Origin: Mobula hypostoma
Taxonomy: Eukaryota
Length of the DNA: 64,000 bases
Assembly (NCBI RefSeq): GCF_963921235.1
Contig: NC_086097.1
Coordinates: 140,308,001 to 140,372,000, forward strand
Direction: 5' to 3'
Positions 62,170-64,000 of the stretch are shown here, in pieces. Positions within the stretch are counted from its first letter, which is position 1; every line of letters begins with the position of its first letter. Below the pieces are notes generated by a model, which ran no database searches, had not been told where the DNA came from, and worked only from the letters and a program-made list of their open reading frames with translations. The translations under genes were made by a program, and so were the position numbers.

Positions 62170-63430
62170 TCTAAAATTGGTTGACGGGACTGGAAGACTT
62201 GAGTTATTGGAGAAACTGAATAGGCTGGTATTCTTCCCTGAAGCAAAGGAGGCTAAGGGTGACTTTATGAATCATGAGGGGCATAGATAAGGCAGATGGT
62301 TAAAATCCTTATCCCAGTAAATGGGAATTTAAAATTAGAAGGAATAAGTTTAAGGTGAGTGGGAAAAGATTTCAGATTCAGGTTTACTTATCCTATGTAC
62401 ATCGAAACACACGGTGAAATGTATCCTTTGTGTTAACAACCAACACACCTAAGGATGTGCTGGGGGCTTAAAGGGGACTTCAAGTACAGAAGGTTGTAGG
62501 TATATAAGTGTCAAGTTAGGAAAAGGGGAAGTACAACGAGATCTAGGTGTCCTTGTTCATCAGTCACTGAAAGTAAGCATGCAGGTACAGCAGGCAGTGA
62601 AGAAAGCTAATGGTATGTTGGCCTTCATAACAAGGGGAGTTGAGTATAGGAGCAAAGAGGTCCTTCTGCAGTTGTACAGGGCCCTGGTGAAACCACACCT
62701 GGAGTATTATGTACAGTTTTGGTCTCCAAATTTGAGGAAGGACATTCTAGCTATTGAGGGAGTGCAGCGTAGGCTCACGAGGTTAATTCCCGGGATGGCG
62801 GGACTGTCATATGTTGAAAGATTGGAGCGACTGGGCTTGTATACACTGGGAATTTAGAAGGATGAGAAGGGATCTGATTGAAACGTATAAGATTATTAAG
62901 GGATTGGACACGCCAGAGGCAGGAAATATGTTCCCAATGTTGGGGGAGTCCAGAACCAGAGGCCACAGTTTAAGAATAAGGGGTAGACCATTTAGAACAG
63001 AGTTGAGGAAAAACTTTTTCACACAGAGGGTTGTAGTTCTGTGGAATACTCTGCCTCAGAAGGCAGTGGAGGCAAATTCTCTGGATTCTTTCAAGAAAGA
63101 GTTAGATAGAGCTCTTAAAGATAGCGGAGTCAAGGGATATGGGGAGAAGGCAGGAAAAGGGTACTGATTGTGCATGATCAGTCATGATCACAGGGCTGAA
63201 TGGCCTACTCCTGCACCTATTGTCTATTGTATATGGAAGAAGCTGCCAGAGGAAATAGTAAACATGGGTACAATTACAACATCTAAAATACATTTTGACA
63301 GGTTCATTTTGAAAATGATGTGTGATATGCGATAAATGTAGACAAATGGGCTAGCTCAGGAATGCACGATAGCCAGCATGGATGATGTGAGCCAAATGGT
63401 TTGTTTCCATGCTGTACAACTATGACTGAA
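62170..63430 (+). mobile_element. Old CR1 3' fragment hosting a LINE tail (~62370-62465) and a younger CR1
   Basis: Host 'gttgtaggtatat' resumes as 'gtatatggaagaagctgccagagg'. Confidence 0.6.
62506..63230 (+). mobile_element. Young CR1 3' fragment
   Basis: LVKPHLEYYVQFWSPNL...GYGEKAGKGY; tail 'ctattgtctattgt'; GTATAT at 62500-62505 and 63229-63234. Confidence 0.9.
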
Positions 63431-64000
63431 ATTAGAAATCACTAATTCCATTGACAAACTGGTTCTGGTACTATAATTAACTGTCTGGTAACCAGTTCCA
63501 GAATGGTAATGTGTCTTGAATTTTGTTCCCGTGGTCATGTTGAACAAAACAATTATAAAATGGAAATAGGTTGTGCAGCACAGTACGGTTGAAGGTGATG
63601 AATGAACCAACACAATTGTTAGATCTACTTCACCTCATCCTAACTAAATTCACCTGCAGCAGGTGCATTTACCAAAGAAAGCATTAGGAGTAGGTTCAAT
63701 CTTCTCACCAACATGTGTGGTGCTGTTATAGCCTTAAAATGGGTTATATTGATAACACCTCTGCCAGCTCAAAACTGCACATCCATGAGGCAACATGTGC
63801 TATCAGTAGCAATGGAACTGCACAGCATCACAATATTTAACTTCACAGCTTGGCACATCCCTCATACCCATTTGTGCATATAGTACGGGCTGCTCTGTAA
63901 ACATTCATGGCATGGGGTTTATAGTATTTTCAGTCTCTGGATAATGTCAGATCATTCTTGCACTCCAGGCTATTCTCATGTCCATAATCTACCTTTAATT

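Overview
Eukaryotic, AT-rich, CpG-depleted and transposon-dense DNA. It is most consistent with an intron or intergenic stretch of a cartilaginous fish (ray/shark) genome; this is inferred from the repeat families, not from a database match. I can support no intact host protein-coding gene, and every recognisable ORF is a transposable-element remnant. The window holds many nested CR1 LINEs, one of them near full length with a zinc-finger/SGNH-esterase ORF1 and an APE+RT ORF2. It also holds Rex1/Babar LINEs, an RLE-type Hero-like LINE, Penelope-like (GIY-YIG) fragments, a solo LTR with a 5-bp TSD, a hAT/Charlie element with an 8-bp TSD, Tigger-, Tc1- and Harbinger-like DNA elements, and V-/Deu-type SINEs. 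The most striking signal is a set of short (~180-230 bp), ORF-less fold-back inserts. Each is built from two head-to-head copies of the Penelope pseudo-LTR; three of four have 13-15 bp target-site duplications, and they carry a minimal type I hammerhead ribozyme motif (core intact at 50226-50261). Boundaries of old, degraded elements are approximate.
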